In this document: positions 35,701 to 49,300 of the stretch, piece by piece
Layout: each line of letters opens with the position of its first letter
Position numbering within the stretch: the stretch's first letter is position 1
Source: Takakia lepidozioides
Lineage: Eukaryota; Plantae; Bryophyta
Length of the DNA: 64,000 nt
NCBI GenBank assembly: GCA_030704615.1
Contig: CM060732.1
Location: 42,718,001-42,782,000, forward strand
Direction: 5' to 3'
Program-made: the position numbers and the translations under genes
Notes under the pieces: model-generated
Databases searched by the model: none
What the model was told of the DNA's origin: nothing
What the model saw: the letters and a program-made list of their open reading frames with translations, nothing else

Positions 35701-37089
35701 GGACTTGAGGATGGGGGTTAAATCGCAGTTCCACTTGCAAAATGGACTGCTCCGGTATAAGCAAAAGCGTCTCTACGTGCCGAAGGAGGGATCAGGGATA
35801 GTCTCTTGAGAGAATGCCATGATAGCCCGCTTGCGGGCCACGGCGGAGCCAAGCAGCACTGCGGCACTCTTGAAGAAAGAGTATTTCTGGCCCAAACTGA
35901 GGGAGGAGGCAGAGGAGTATGTCAAGACATGCACCACATGCCAACAAAACCGGAGCGAGTACAAAAAGCAAGCGGGGCTGTTACAACCCTTGCCGATTCC
36001 AGAGGGGACTTGGGAAAGCGTCTCGATGGATTTCATGACTGCTATGCCGCTGTCAAAAAGATTCGATGCAATCATGGTGGTGGTAGATAGGTTCAGTAAA
36101 ATGGGCCATTTCATCCCCACCAAGGAGACGGCAACGGCGCAGGAGACATGGCGACTTTACTTCGCCCACGTCTTAAAGCATCATGGAGTCCCGAAGGATA
36201 TTGTCTCGGACCGCGATCCAAAGTTTACGAATTCTGGAGAGCACTTTGGAAGAAGATGGGGACGAGGCTGAAGATGAGCACCGCCTTCCGACCTACGACG
36301 GACGGCCAAACGGAAAGAGAGAATTCCGTAGTGAAGCAATTCTTGCGGAATTACGTGTCGGCAGACCAATCAGACTGGATGGAACACTTAGACGCGGCAG
36401 AGTTCTGTTATAATAACACAGAACACTCCGCAACGGGAGTTTCCCCTTTCGTGTTGGTCTATGGAAAAGCACCTCTGGTGCCGACAAGTTGGGCCGCCCA
36501 GGACGTTGAGGAACCGGCAGTAGCGGCGGTACTGGAAGAACGCGAGCGTTTGTTGAAGCTCGCAAAGTACAATATTGCCAAAGCTAGGAAACGGTATGAA
36601 AGGCAGGCGAATCGGAAGCGGAGGGAAGTGAAGTTTGAGGCAGGCACAGAGGTCTAGTTGAACATCAAGAATTTCTGACTACCTCCGGAAGTGAGTCTGA
36701 AGTTCGTACCTCCGTATGCGGGACCCTTTCGCATTCGGAAGGTTATGAATGAGGATGTGTATGAATTGGAGTTGCCGGCAAACAGCAAGGTGCACCCAGT
36801 ATTCCATGTCTCCCTTTTGAAGCCTTACTTCAAAGATGACGCGCGTCCGAATCGGCATCAAGTGTTGCATCCGCCACCTATGCTGTTGGATCATGAAAAT
36901 GAACCTGAGTACGAGGTGGAGGCAATACTTAAGTCGAGGAGGTTCAGGAACCGAGAAACGGAGTATCTCGTCAAATGGAAGGGCTATCATCATGTGGAGG
37001 CATCTTGGGTGCGTGCCTCAGAAATGGGAAACGCATCCGAGGCGGTTGCAGCTTTCGAAGGGCGACCTCAAAAGCGGAAGAAGCGTTGA
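32740..37089 (+). pseudogene. gag-pol (gag, CCHC knuckle, protease, RT, RNase H, integrase, chromodomain), frameshifted
   Basis: [41 protein letters not shown] zinc finger, SMDF/VSDRD and EYEVEAIL..YLVKWKGY. Several frameshifts and a stop. Confidence 0.95.
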
Positions 37090-37994
37090 TGGGGACATCA
37101 ACCTTGGAGCGTGGGGAGGAAATGCATGCTTAGCCCGGTTTAGCTAGCTCAGGAATCCGATTGCAAAAACTTGTATTGTACAAAAATTTGTTATAAAGGA
37201 AATGGGTTCCAAATATTGTGCGTCCTATTGTGTTTGGAATGGTGATGCATGGTGTGGTTGGCTAGTGTGTAGAATGCATGCTAGCTTACAAAAGTGGGAG
37301 AGGTAAATTGGGTTAATCGTGTGTTTGCGCAGTGCCGAAATCGGGTGACTCCCATCCAAGGGGCAAGGAAATTTGCGCCTTCTTTGGGAGTTCACGTGCT
37401 AGTGCGCACCTGGCGCGTGCGCGTACTATAACTGCGCTACCGAGGGGGTTGCCTTGTAGTGCGGGCTAACGCGGAAGCTACATGCTTCCGTTCACGTACT
37501 ATAATCGTGTAGCCTCGGGACGAAGTCGTAGTGCGGCTTCGGCGTGTTCCCGTACCTCAGGCCAGCATTCCAAGGCGGACCCAATTGTAGTGATTGGGGC
37601 GCACGGTTGGTTCAAGGTTATCTTCCTAGTCAAAGAGGGTTCCAGGTGAACCCTTGCTCAAGGTGATGCCAAAAGCGGCATCATGAGCGATCGCAAGCAA
37701 TGTTGTTGCAGTAAGGCGATTCGATCCTCGAGGAGGATCGTTCCTTGGCCTTGAAGTAGGCCAAGAAGAGTGCACTGGGAGGAGCTGGAGAGGCTCCACC
37801 CTTGGCCGGGACTTGGAGGAAGTCGGCCGAACTAGCTAGTGGAGAGTAGAGTCAAGTGTGGGGTTTGGTTCTTTGCCATGGGACACCATGGTACGGAAAC
37901 AAACTCCTTGATGTGGGACGCCACAACTTGGATGTTCGTTTCTACAAAATGGACAAGTCGATGAGGACATCGACTCCCTGTTGGTAGGGGTGTG

Positions 37995-38717
37995 TGTCGC
38001 GGCCCTTTGCCTTGAGGGCAGGGAGGTCGGGACACAAGAGGGGCTGCCCCTATGGTGGGGGCAGTAGCAGCGATAGGTACGGGGGCTGAAGCACCCTTGA
38101 GTGCCCAAGGCACTCAAGGAGGCGGAGGCGCTCACTAGATGGAGCCCCGCACACCGGGTTGCGGTGGGGGTGGCTCCACAAGGGGTGGTAGCTTAGTGGG
38201 ACTTAGTGGGGGTGACATAGGACTCACCATGGGGGTGGAGACCTCGTGGTGGGAGTCGTGGGGAGTCTTGGGACTCATCACGGTCCATAGGGGCCGTGGT
38301 GAGCGGGCCAAGACTCACCGCGACTCACCACCGGGAATCGAGGGTCTTCGTGGTGGTTCGCCATAAAATGGCATGGCTGGTTGTGAAACCCCCGCGGACA
38401 GCTACAGAAGTATATATAGGGAGTAGTAACCCTGAGAACGGTGCAAGCCCGTTGGTGACCAAAAACTAGTGAGTAAGCGAGCGAGCCGGAAAGCGACCAA
38501 AGAGTGGGGAGCTGTTCCGGACTGCCATCTACCAAAGGGAATTCTCCTAGTCCCAATTAGGTGGAGGGTTTTAGAGGGAAGCGAAGGGGGACCGTTATGT
38601 CCCGGTGAGCAGCCGAAGCTCCAAGTTGGCCCGGCGGCCAGGTTGGGAGTCAGGCGTGCGCATCAAAGCGAGTAACTATGACTTGAAGGGGAGTTTACCG
38701 AAATGAGGTGTGCGACA
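37995..38717 (+). repeat. 3' LTR of element 1
   Basis: 723-bp direct repeat with 31963-32684. Confidence 0.97.
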
Positions 38718-39171
38718 CCCTCTCTTGATCCTCTTTCAGAAGCTGTGGTCATGGTTGAGGTGCCTGATTTACCAACTGTGCCGCTGCAGCTGCTGCCTTT
38801 AGTTGACCATCTACCCATGTAGGTTTCTTGTGGCTATTGATCCACAGGGAATCATAGGTAATCTTGAGCTTGAAATCTGGCCCTCTTGGATGAATCTGGA
38901 CCCACTCTTGATCCCTGCTCCTTCAGCTATCTCTGCCTCTGCACAAATCATGCACACATCTTTGTCTTGCTGCTAGCAGCTGACAGTGACAGCCTAGATC
39001 TGTTCTAGCAAACACCCTAACCCTACTTATCACACAAGTTCCTATACTGACTTGCGCTTCCAACAGGCATTCACTTTTTTGCACCAACGAGCTAACTTGC
39101 AAAATTCAACCTGAAAATTTAGGGATGACTCTGATAACAGGGAAAACAGGCTGAAATGTGTTGAAGAAGGT

Positions 39172-39297
39172 GCTCATAGGTCTCCAAAGCCTCCATCCCG
39201 CACCCTTGCTGTGCATATCTTGCAATCATCGCACTCCACGACACCACATCTCGTTCAGCCATACTGTTGAACACTCCCTTTGCACCCTTGATGCACC
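39172..39297 (-). pseudogene. Isolated PPR motif fragment
   Basis: Encodes CIKGAKGVFNSMAERDVVSWSAMIARYAQQGCGMEALETYE, nearly identical to the 6490-6727 and 30660-31560 motifs. Confidence 0.8.
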
Positions 39298-40102
39298 TTC
39301 AGCAGAAGATTAATACCGAACCCTCACACCAACATTCAATCACCTGGTATGGGATTGTTGTCAGCTGTGAGGGAGCACCATGGCAATGGCAGGGTTAGTT
39401 TCATAACCTCATGATTCAACGTCAGGGTTGGACAGCGACGTCGAAGTCATTTTTTCGAATAGCCAAAATTCAATCTTGAAATGAAAGTTTCTTTGCAATG
39501 GCTTGACCGTGGTTAGACTTCCAAACTTGGTGAGATATCAACACTGCAGTTTGGGCATGACGTACATCCACCTTACCCATGATGTAGTCAAAGCAACAGA
39601 ATTTGGGAAGAGGAAAAGAACCCACCACCATAAGCTCATGCAATCCAATGGGGGCGGTCACAAGATAGGGCATACACACATGCCTTGTAGCTGCTTGGGC
39701 TGCCAATGCTGGAATGTCCTGCAATGAATCCCTTTTCGTAAGGAGGGATGAGTATGAGAGAGATGTACTTGTTAGACTTTGTTTGCCAGAGCCTTGGGTG
39801 CAGTACAAAGCAGGAAAGGTGGGGAGAGCAAGGAGAGCAGAATGGCGAGCCACAATACACAGATACTTTGCTCCAATACTAGTACCAAATGCCTGAATGA
39901 CTTCAAAATGAATTTGAATCTAACCTTACATAATTGCTATGAAAAGCTGCTGACTCTAGCAATCACATGGGGGTAACTGACCATAATTCTAAGGGCTTCT
40001 GCAACTTCTCGAGTAGAGAAGCGAGAGAATGTACTCATGTGTCCATTGACCCCATTCCCAGTTTGAGCGGAACACAAAGGGACAGAAACAAAAGAGAAGA
40101 GA

Positions 40103-40107
<5 letters not shown>

Positions 40108-40186
<79 letters not shown>
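40108..40186. repeat. (GA)n microsatellite
   Basis: About 39 uninterrupted GA units. Confidence 0.98.
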
Positions 40187-40192
<6 letters not shown>

Positions 40193-42078
40193 GTCATCTG
40201 ATGTTGTTTGCTGTAGCCTTGTGGCCACTCACCCCGCGCCCAATTGAATATATCGAGTTTTTCTCTACTTCATACTATTGGATGCTTTTACTAGCTCCAG
40301 ATAACCTCCATAAGTCCTTGCATTGACTCAACTATTTCATCATAAGAAGCCTGATATCCAAGCTCTTCTTCGGACTCTGAACTATCATTGAGATTAGGAA
40401 GCTCTTCGTCTACGACATGCAGATTTGCAAAATATCTACTCATGCCATCAACTACATTGACATCGGGATAGATATCAGGGACATCTTCCATGACAAGAAG
40501 GGTGGAGGAAAGTTGCTAGGACACTGGGGCCACAGGTGATGGGTAGCGGTTGAGTTTTCATTTAAAACGTCATTCATGGACTCAGTGTTCAATTTTCATC
40601 CATGGTAGCGGTTGCATTTTGTATTTTCATTTTGTGATCATTATTTTTAGTTGCCTAATTTGAAATTTTTTCTCAACTGTCAAATCTTCCCCACCGTGTC
40701 TTACCATGGATTCACTATTATTAAATACTTTAGAATGCGAGAGATTGTTAGACAGTGATGAATAACGTATAGCCTTATTGATAAAGTGATGGTAATGGAG
40801 ACGATGAGGTGGAAGGTTTGATCTTTGATGGGTGGTAATGTCACGCTTGGCTTCTATGGTACGTGTAGTGATAGTGTGTAACTCCTCTTAGTCCATTTCA
40901 AACTCAAATATGAACTTAATCAAATTTTGAGACTAAGTGTGGATTACACTCTTTCTCTGCCATGCCACTGGATGTTAAAGAAACTTTATCCTTTATCTGC
41001 CATTGTTACCTGTACTAAAGTTACACTCCCTTTAGTTCCATGTTATTCTCAAGAGTGGGTGATGAAGATTCAATATGCTGGAGAGCAGCCTACCATCTTA
41101 TCAAAGATCACCTGCTAGCATTAACTTCAAACATTATTCCTGGGATTCTCCATTTTATGCGTTGATTTTTAAAGCATGTAGCAATTGCTAGATTAGAGAA
41201 ATGGAAGTTGTTGTGTAATAGTTAAGGTAGAGATACGAGTGTGAATGCCACTAGCTCTAACTCCTGGGGCAACACACCCCCTCATCTTTAAAACGTAAGA
41301 ATTAGAGGAGCATACTTTCACATCTTGTGTTCATTGCTTGTTATCACTTTGATGACGGTATTGTGGACAACCAAGTTGCAATGAGCATATACCACCTCTG
41401 TAGTGGTTGTATCAATTGGTGTCGCAAAGGTGTCCACCTTTCCGCCGAAAGGTAGTAGCCCTTTAGGGTCAAGAGACACATAATTTACACTTTCTTTGGG
41501 AGGCGACATACTGTTTTTTTAATCATGGTAATGTGGACATCCAAAGGTGGTTAGGGCGGCTTCAGGTAGAGTTCTCTCATTGGACTCCCAACAAATCAGA
41601 TGATACGTAGTCCCCGTGTGACATTTACTGTTAATGGTTTATAAGATGTTTGTCAATGACAAGGTTGAGGTAAAATCTCTCTAGTCATATGGTGAATTTC
41701 TCCGCAATTTGTTGGGTTGATGTACATGGTGGCCAAGGTGAATTTGGTAAGGTTCATTTTTTTGGATGTAACAAGGTAGGTGCGTAGCCTCGATTATCGC
41801 CAGATGTCAGTTTCTTGGGGGGTGAAATTCGCCCAATGGCGGGCCTTCAAGGGTTAACATCTCCAACCCGAAGTAAGCGCAAAATGTGTTGTCAGTACAT
41901 CCAGAAGGACTATTTTGCCTTCCATTTGGTAAGTGGATCCTTTCTCAAGGCTAGGGCTGTGTTGCCCAACTGGTTGACCCCAATAACCCCTTTTTATATA
42001 CGGACGACGTCTTGTTGCCTGGTAGTAGCATCCAACTTCGCGAAGTGCATGTGGCTTAGAGCATGCCCAGCAGAGGCT

Positions 42079-42208
42079 CACTAAACTGCCTCGCCATCAC
42101 TATGTTAAGGAGGCGTATGGTGAGGCCCGCAAGCTAGATGGCGCACTAAACTGCCTCGCCATCGCTATGTTACGGAGGCGTATGGTAGGGCCCGCAAGCT
42201 AGATGGCG
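42079..42208 (+). repeat. Tandem duplication, 2 x 65 bp
   Basis: CACTAAACTGCCTCGCCATC...CCCGCAAGCTAGATGGCG at 42079 and 42144. Confidence 0.92.
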
Positions 42209-42560
42209 CGTGGGCTGGCAAGAGCCCCAGCAACAACCCATCATAACAAGAAAGGAGTAATCCAGGCTGACGTGAGAGTGGGCCCCGCCACCTGCCCACC
42301 ACGAGTCGTTACATGTGAGGCTAAGTGGTAGCTAGCGGGGGAGAATGTCACACACCAAAACTCGTGTAGATAGCAGTGGGGCGAAACTTGGTGAGGCTCA
42401 CCATTTTGAAAAGCGTGATAGTGCTGCTGGGGACGGGCGATCTCGGTAGCCGCGCTACTTTGATGATAGTGCGCACTAGATGGAGCGCCTGCTGGGCATG
42501 CTCTTAGTTAATTCCAATGCACCACTCCATTCGCATTATAAGTTATGTGGGTATTTGTGT

Positions 42561-42730
42561 AGGTAGCCCAGTGGTTGCGTGTTTGTACCTTGCCTGTGCA
42601 CAACCTAGATGATCCTGGGTTCAATCCTTCAACATGTGCCTTCAGACCGTCCATTGGGACCTCGATGGCCTGTGTGTTGAGCAGTAGGCTCTGTAAATTC
42701 AGTGGACGATAAAGTAACTTTATCTTTATC
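42561..42730 (+). mobile_element. Putative tRNA-derived SINE
   Basis: Pol III A box TAGCCCAGTGG (42564-42574) and B box GGTTCAATCC (42618-42627). (TTTATC)-type tail. Possible TSD TTTGTGT (42554-42560 / 42731-42737). No complete cloverleaf. Confidence 0.55.
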
Positions 42731-43818
42731 TTTGTGTGAGTTGTAACTTGTAACATAAAGCCAATTAGGATATTGCCAGCTCATGTGATAAGGGAAATTA
42801 ATATTCCAATCCTGGACTTAGTAGTATGTGATGTCCAACAACAGATGAATGTTCTCATAAGGAAAGAAAATAGGAAAAAAAATAGCTGATGCCACCCAGT
42901 CAGTTTTTTTCTCCCATAACCCCCTAAGGATGAGGTGGAACGATAAAAGTGCATAGTGCTGCAACTGCCGAGAGGCGGAAGAAGTCTAGCATCTAGGCGA
43001 CTACAAAGAAGGAAAGTGTTTTTTGATGGTTGGTTTCACTACTCATAGGCAAGAGGCTTTGGTGCTGCATGCAAAAGCTGTTGAGGAGAATAGAGCATAG
43101 TCATGAACAGTCATGATTGGATATTGAAATATGGGCAAGCCACATGTCAGAGACTCTTGAAGTAGTGGAAAAGAAAGAGGGATGCTATGGATTTTCATAG
43201 GTGAAGTTGGTAATTGCATTCAATATCACCAATCCTATAATCCACCGACTCACATTTCTAGAAATACTTGGGCTCGAGCACTCCTCCCCTCACATTTAGA
43301 CCTCCTCAAAGGTCAGAAAAGAGAACAATTTTGTGCGTTGGATCCAGTTTACATTTTGCTTCTGACGAATGTTGTTGACCAATCGATATTGGAAACTTCT
43401 CTGAGAGCTATGGAAAAATTCCTTGGAGAGAAGAATGTGATCTTCACCCAGAAAACCTGTCCCCAAAGTATCTTCCACATTGTTGGGGTACTACGTGGAT
43501 CTAGCAGAGATTCTTGTCTGGTATTTTCCGAAACTTTTCCAGTTCAGCTGTCTATTTGTCAGAATTATTCAAAATTCGTTGTAACGCAAACCCCAGTAGA
43601 AGGAGAGCAGAACTGACATAACCTGGGTCAAGCCCTTAAGTAGCAAAATTAAAGTTGGAGAAGAAAAGCTCAAAGTTATCAGAAATTCCAGTTCGGATTT
43701 TCTCCGTTCTTGGAAAGCCAGACCCCCTCGAGTATCCGAGAGTCAAAGCACAAGCCTAAGAACGAAATTTCTGCGAATCGAAGGAAGATGCCACAAAACC
43801 CTTAGACATCGACTTAAC

Positions 43819-44760
43819 TTACATACCTCGCTCTTTCAGAAACTCTTGAAACTCCTGCCAGCTCAACCCTTGCTTGATGTATCGCACGTTGGACGGGTCA
43901 TATGGCCCTCGAATTCGATCGATGCTTTGTATGATGGCGGTCGATGGTAGTACCGGTTCACCTGGATCAAATGCTGTGGGCCTCATCAAGGAAGAAGAAA
44001 AGCCCTGCAGCAACAAGCACCGCACGTTTTCAGATATATGAGTGAGATGGGCGAAAACTGTCGATGTACAAACAGCTAACTTTCTGAACTGTACTACGTA
44101 TATGGATGTGCCCCGGCTGCGGTTGCTGGTTTCTGTAAATCGACCATACAGCTTTGTTTCTTTCTTTTCAGGTTGGATCTATACCTTCGGTGTGTCAAAA
44201 TTTGATGGACCTGCATCTACCATCTCTCACCTCCAACTTGTGTATATCATTTCCCCCCACTACATCTGTCTCTAGGAGTGTAATCACAACTTAGCATTTG
44301 AAAACAATCCACAAATAGGATGTCTGCGCATTTGCCAGACATGTATAGAAACAGATACCTTAAAAATAATGACCTGGTCTTCCTCATTCTCCACCATAGC
44401 ATGTACACACACAACTTCGGAACGCGCCTTTCCCGTGTATACTTCTAGTCTGCGTATATCGAAGTCGACCCCTTCTCCTACTCGTTCTTCAATCCCATCT
44501 CCAGACCTTACCCGTGGCCTGCCTTTGAGGTCCTTCGTTCTCTCTTCTTTGAGAACCCAGCAATTGAGTAATCCCTCCTTGCTCAGCCATGACTGACTGC
44601 TGGACCGCTGACTTCGGAAAATGGATAAACGAGTGCGAATTGGAGATTGTAAAGGAGGGGAGGTAGAAAGATGAGTTGGAGGAGGTGAGAGGACCGAAAC
44701 ACTTGCAGAGCTGTAGTGAGGCTGGTAGCTCGTAGCAAGAGCGGGAGCTGCCCAAGCCAT
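43819..44760 (-). CDS. Uncharacterised plastid-targeted protein of cyanobacterial type (DUF7734-like); exons 44359-44760, 43819-44004
   Basis: Ser/Pro-rich transit-like N-terminus. Conserved-looking RLEVYT...VIIFK|GFSSSLMRPTAFDP..PVLP....I.SIDRIRGPYDP joined by a phase-0 GT-AG intron. Confidence 0.85.
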
Positions 44761-46320
44761 ATCCAGACTTCCTCAATTCTTTCACCTAGAGGAAGGATTC
44801 GAAAGGCAGATGTGTTCCTCACTGGACAGATTAACTTACACAAGGTTTAAGATCATTACTGCATATTGTTCAAAGAACCTGGAGTGGCAGCGTTCTGATG
44901 GGAAGTGCAATACTTTGTCCATGAATACTTTTGCATTGTCTCAGGTCGGTTCCAGACTAGTGACTAGAACAAACACTAATAAAAATGTGGCTCTCGTCTA
45001 CCTCTTTGTCCATTACATAGATGCCATGTCAGCTAGAGCCGCCGCCAGCCACTAGACAAACTTACCAGCCTTTTGAAACCAAAAAGAGGACAAGAATGGT
45101 GCTAGTGGACAAAATCAAACCATGACTATCCTTCTTTGTTCAGGACTTTTTGTTGAAAGTACCACACACAGTCATGGAACCTTCCGAAAGAGCTCTGCTA
45201 TAGAGCAAGGTGGGAAGAGATGGAGCCATAATAAAGAGGCAGACAGAGCCATCAAGAGGCTTCTTTGGTTGTCCACTGGAGAAGATTTGGGGCCTGCTAC
45301 CACCATGGCCCCAAATTTGTTATGCTTTGTCCCCTGAGGTGGCAAACATAGAGCAATGACAGGGCATGTTGGGGCACTGGACAATGCCATGTCTGAATGC
45401 GTGTCGTGGACGAGACCCGATTTTCAACCAATCAGAGAGCTTAGTCGCTTTGTCCGGTCGCTAGTCTGGAACCGCCCTCAGAGCAAGTACTTCACCTGTG
45501 GATGACCATGTTATAAAATAGTCCAAGACAGGCACTTGGGACCAGCCAAGTCTTAGCTTCCCGGCCAGCCACTCCCTGACATATCTGCAAGAATGAGCTT
45601 TTGAAAGAAATCGATGGGAGATTAAGTACACAAAAAATACAGGTCTGAAACGATAATCTTTGTCGTTAACAGCCAAATTTGGGTAAACGCTCAGCAAATC
45701 GCCAAAAATGAGCAAAAAAGGAGACCATTCTAATAAGACCAACTCTTCACAAAATGGGCCTCAGCATGTGTGGGCCTCGCATGATTCCATAAGCTCAACC
45801 ATCCCTCCAAAGGCTCCAACATCTTTTCTCACATAAACCAGCGACTTCTGCAGTATTCATCCTTCCAGGTGGAATAGTTCTCTGCAATTTGTCCATTTCT
45901 TCCACAAACAAACACCCATCTGGGAACGATCTTAACCACCCATAGCAGCCCTTTTTTCCCAAAAAACCATCTCCAACTGAGGAGCTCTTTTTGCCTTGGT
46001 AGTCCAGAGAGCACACCCAGCTTCCTTGAGCAGCCCCTCTTAATTTCTCTCTATTAGGCCTTTCAAGATGTCTTTTCTGTATGAGTCGCAGCCTCGTCCC
46101 CTCAGCTCTTCTAGATTTACTAGCTTTGAAGTTTGTTTCTTTATTTCTCACGGACAAACACACGATGGGATAAAGGTCAATCTTGTTTGAATTTTATGTT
46201 ACTGTGGCTGGAATATGTACTTCGTTGAATGTCAACCCTTCAACTTGGAGAGCGACACATATATCAAACTGAGTGGCTAGAAGTGCTTTGCTTCCTTACC
46301 ACCTTTCAAAGGTTCGGAAA

Positions 46321-49300
46321 TCAATCCTCCTCATCAGAGCCCAGTTTTTGCTTTTTCCACTTATATGCAGCTTCCAGTATCTTAAGGTTGGGGGCCATTC
46401 CCGTCTGCTCTGGGAAGATGTAGTCTGTGTATTCCTCATACCTGTCATCAGCCAATTGTAATCAATTTAGGAACACATCTATATCCCTTTCACTCCTCCC
46501 TTGTCTCAATATCTAGGAACTCCCAAAACATCAAAATATGATGACACCAGAAAGAAGCCCATGTCCTGATGACAGGGAGGATAAAAGGTGAGCTTGATTT
46601 CTATGGATAAGTATTGCATACCCAGCAGGTGTACCATCCTCTGATGTGATGGGTCGCTTTCGCTTCACCCTTCGCGGCATCTTCTTCTGCACATCCGCAA
46701 CATTTCCAAGCTCTGCAAAACCGCGCTCTGCATCCCGCCATTCCTCCAGCAGCATTGCCCTTTCCTCTTTTTGATCAGGTGCTGACGTTCGCAAGCTTTC
46801 AAAAGCCCTTTCAAACACCCCTGCCATTGCACAAAGTTTTGGTGCATAATTCAGTCAATTGAAACTTCTGTTAACAACCCACCCTCTTTTCCTTTATAAC
46901 TTCCTTTCCTAAACACAAGCAAAATGTATGTCTCCTGTCTATCTGTCTCTGGCTATGGCAAGCAAAGTCTAATGAGCACATCAGCAGTATGTCTGCCTGT
47001 GCCTCAAGCAACAAAGATGCCATGCTATGAGGTTTCTGGAGCCACCCTGGAGGGAAGGATTCGACTTCATCTACAGATGCAAATCACCAAATTGTGGGGC
47101 CAAATGAGGAGAAACCTCCAAGCTATCAAGGGAAAATCCTGCTACCCACCTCGGGAGTGAAGCACTCGGTCCTTTGTTTCCATGAGCAAAGTGTCAGGAT
47201 CAGGGTCCCTGCCTTCTTCTTGTGCCCTGAACTCCTCAGCCAAGGGTACAGTTGCCTCAAATTTGGCAAAGCTGACCCACACTTTTAGATGCTTTGTGCG
47301 GTCCAGCAATCTCTCATACAGTTGTCGGGTTCGCTCATGCTCCCCTTCAGATATCTCAAACTCAATATATGCCTATCACAACCACAAAAACATATTAAAC
47401 TAAATTGAACCTGAATAAAATTGAGCAGAATATAACAGATTGATTGCAGAATACTACATTGCAAAAAGGCCCCAACATGCAGACAAAATGCCCACCTTCC
47501 ATAGCAACTCAGGCATATCAAGGACAGGTTGTGCAATGGCAAGTTCAAAAATTGAACGCCCCCTCTCTGTCTCTCCTAGAGACCTCTCTAGCTCTGCAAA
47601 CTTGCTCCATGCATAACAATTTGCAGGTGCCCATTCCAGGTACTTTTCATACAAGGTTCGACATCGGTCGATATTTCCAAGCTGCAGTTCTATCTCAATG
47701 TATGTCTTGAAGATCTGCACAGTCCCAAACCCCAACAAGCTTTCTCAGTCGAAAGTCCTTCAACAATTCACAAGGCATAACTAATCAAGTCCTTTAGAGG
47801 AAACTGCTATGTGTTCTCCATCTTTCACTTCAACAGCTAAAGCTTGGCGAGCACACATATCTTACATGGTAAACCAAGACACAACACATCACTGGACAGG
47901 ACTAGCACTATTCTCTTAGACCTTTCAAACCATATGAGTGACCACAAAGGCACCAGATAACAAGAACACTTGTCATTACTTTGTCTTTTGGAGCGATGCC
48001 AATGGCAGAGCCCAAGACTTTCCGAGCAGCCTTGAGGTCTTTCTGTCGGATCTCAAACTGTGCCGCCATCAGCCACATCTTTGCAAATGAAAACTTCTTA
48101 TGCGGAATCAACTTCAAACACTCCCTGCAAACACCACCATATCCAGCCCTTGTCAGCAATGAAATGCATGAAAACTGGCCTTACACACCACACCACCTAT
48201 TGAACATCCTACTTGCGGTTCCCGTGACTAGAAGTGACCAGGCCCTGTCCCTTATAAATAGCCTCCTCATTTTCAGCAATCGGCTGAATGTCAAACAGTA
48301 GGTTGCCCATGTCAGGCACGTTGGATAAGCTGGGCAAAAAAAATCCAAATGATCTCCAGATAACAGACTCTAGTAATGGGTACTACGCACAAAAAGGATG
48401 GTTGTCATATTTGCTCAAGTTGAGAATTCAGAGTGAATACATCACATTGATGCTACATTGATTTAAGATATTTCTAGGGAGATTTTCCAGACAAGCTGTG
48501 CATATTGTGGTTGGTCCCACTGTAAAAATTCTGCTCTCCTCCCATCCCCAGGGTTCTCTCGGTCTACTGCCGTAGGTCTACAGCGAGGGAAGTCTAAATT
48601 GTACTCATACTCTCTCCCTCCCTCTGATTTCTATCTCCGAAGTAAGCCTGGAACTATTGCAACTGTTCTGAGCAATCACTAGGCCCTCTACCTGTATACC
48701 TCCCTTGTCCGGTCCCAATCTTCCGCCTCCAGCTCCTCATATAATGCATAGTTGATCCTATGAGCACGGCCAGAGATTAGAAACAAACAATTAGGTCCAA
48801 ATATGGAACAGCCCAGCCCTAATCTGTCTTGGCTTTGGACACACAGTGAAGCTAATAGTTGGCGACTGTATCTTACCAGAGATAGATGTAGCGTTGCCAG
48901 TAACGCTTCTCCTCTGCAGGGGGCACGTTTGCTATGGCTCTCTCATACACCTCCCTAACCTTAGCTTTATCACCGACGCTTTCCTCCAGCCGGGCATAAT
49001 CAAACCATACATCATAATTCAGAGGATTTTTTTTCACCTCTTCTTCATATTGAAACCGTCTTTTCCCCACAATAACGTCCTCAATTCCCTCCCTGTCTCC
49101 GTACTGTTTCTCAAATTGTACGAACTTCCGATAGAGGTCTTCAGCCTGCCCCTTGGGAATGTGGTCTAATGCATACTTGTATATGCAACGTGCTCTCTCT
49201 ATCTCCTTAAATCTTTCCTCAAAATCAGCAAACGCTACAAACAATTCTTCTGTCTGCCCATCCTCTCCAAGCTGCTCAATCGCTCGCTCGTAGCACTTAC

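Larger units (their letters stand above)
31963..38717 (+). mobile_element. Full-length Ty3/gypsy chromovirus LTR retrotransposon (Galadriel/Tcn1-like)
   Basis: LTRs 31963-32684 and 37995-38717 (TG..CA, about 9 differences by eye). TSD CCCTC (31958-31962 / 38718-38722). PBS TGGTATCAGAGC at 32687-32698. PPT-like GGTAGGGGTGTG before the 3' LTR. Confidence 0.97.

Noticed and set aside
39300-39900. ORF 39470-39853 as a kinase or RT remnant
   Set aside because: No convincing conserved motif.
43182-43616. 144-aa plus-strand ORF
   Set aside because: No recognisable family and no supporting splice structure; left unannotated.
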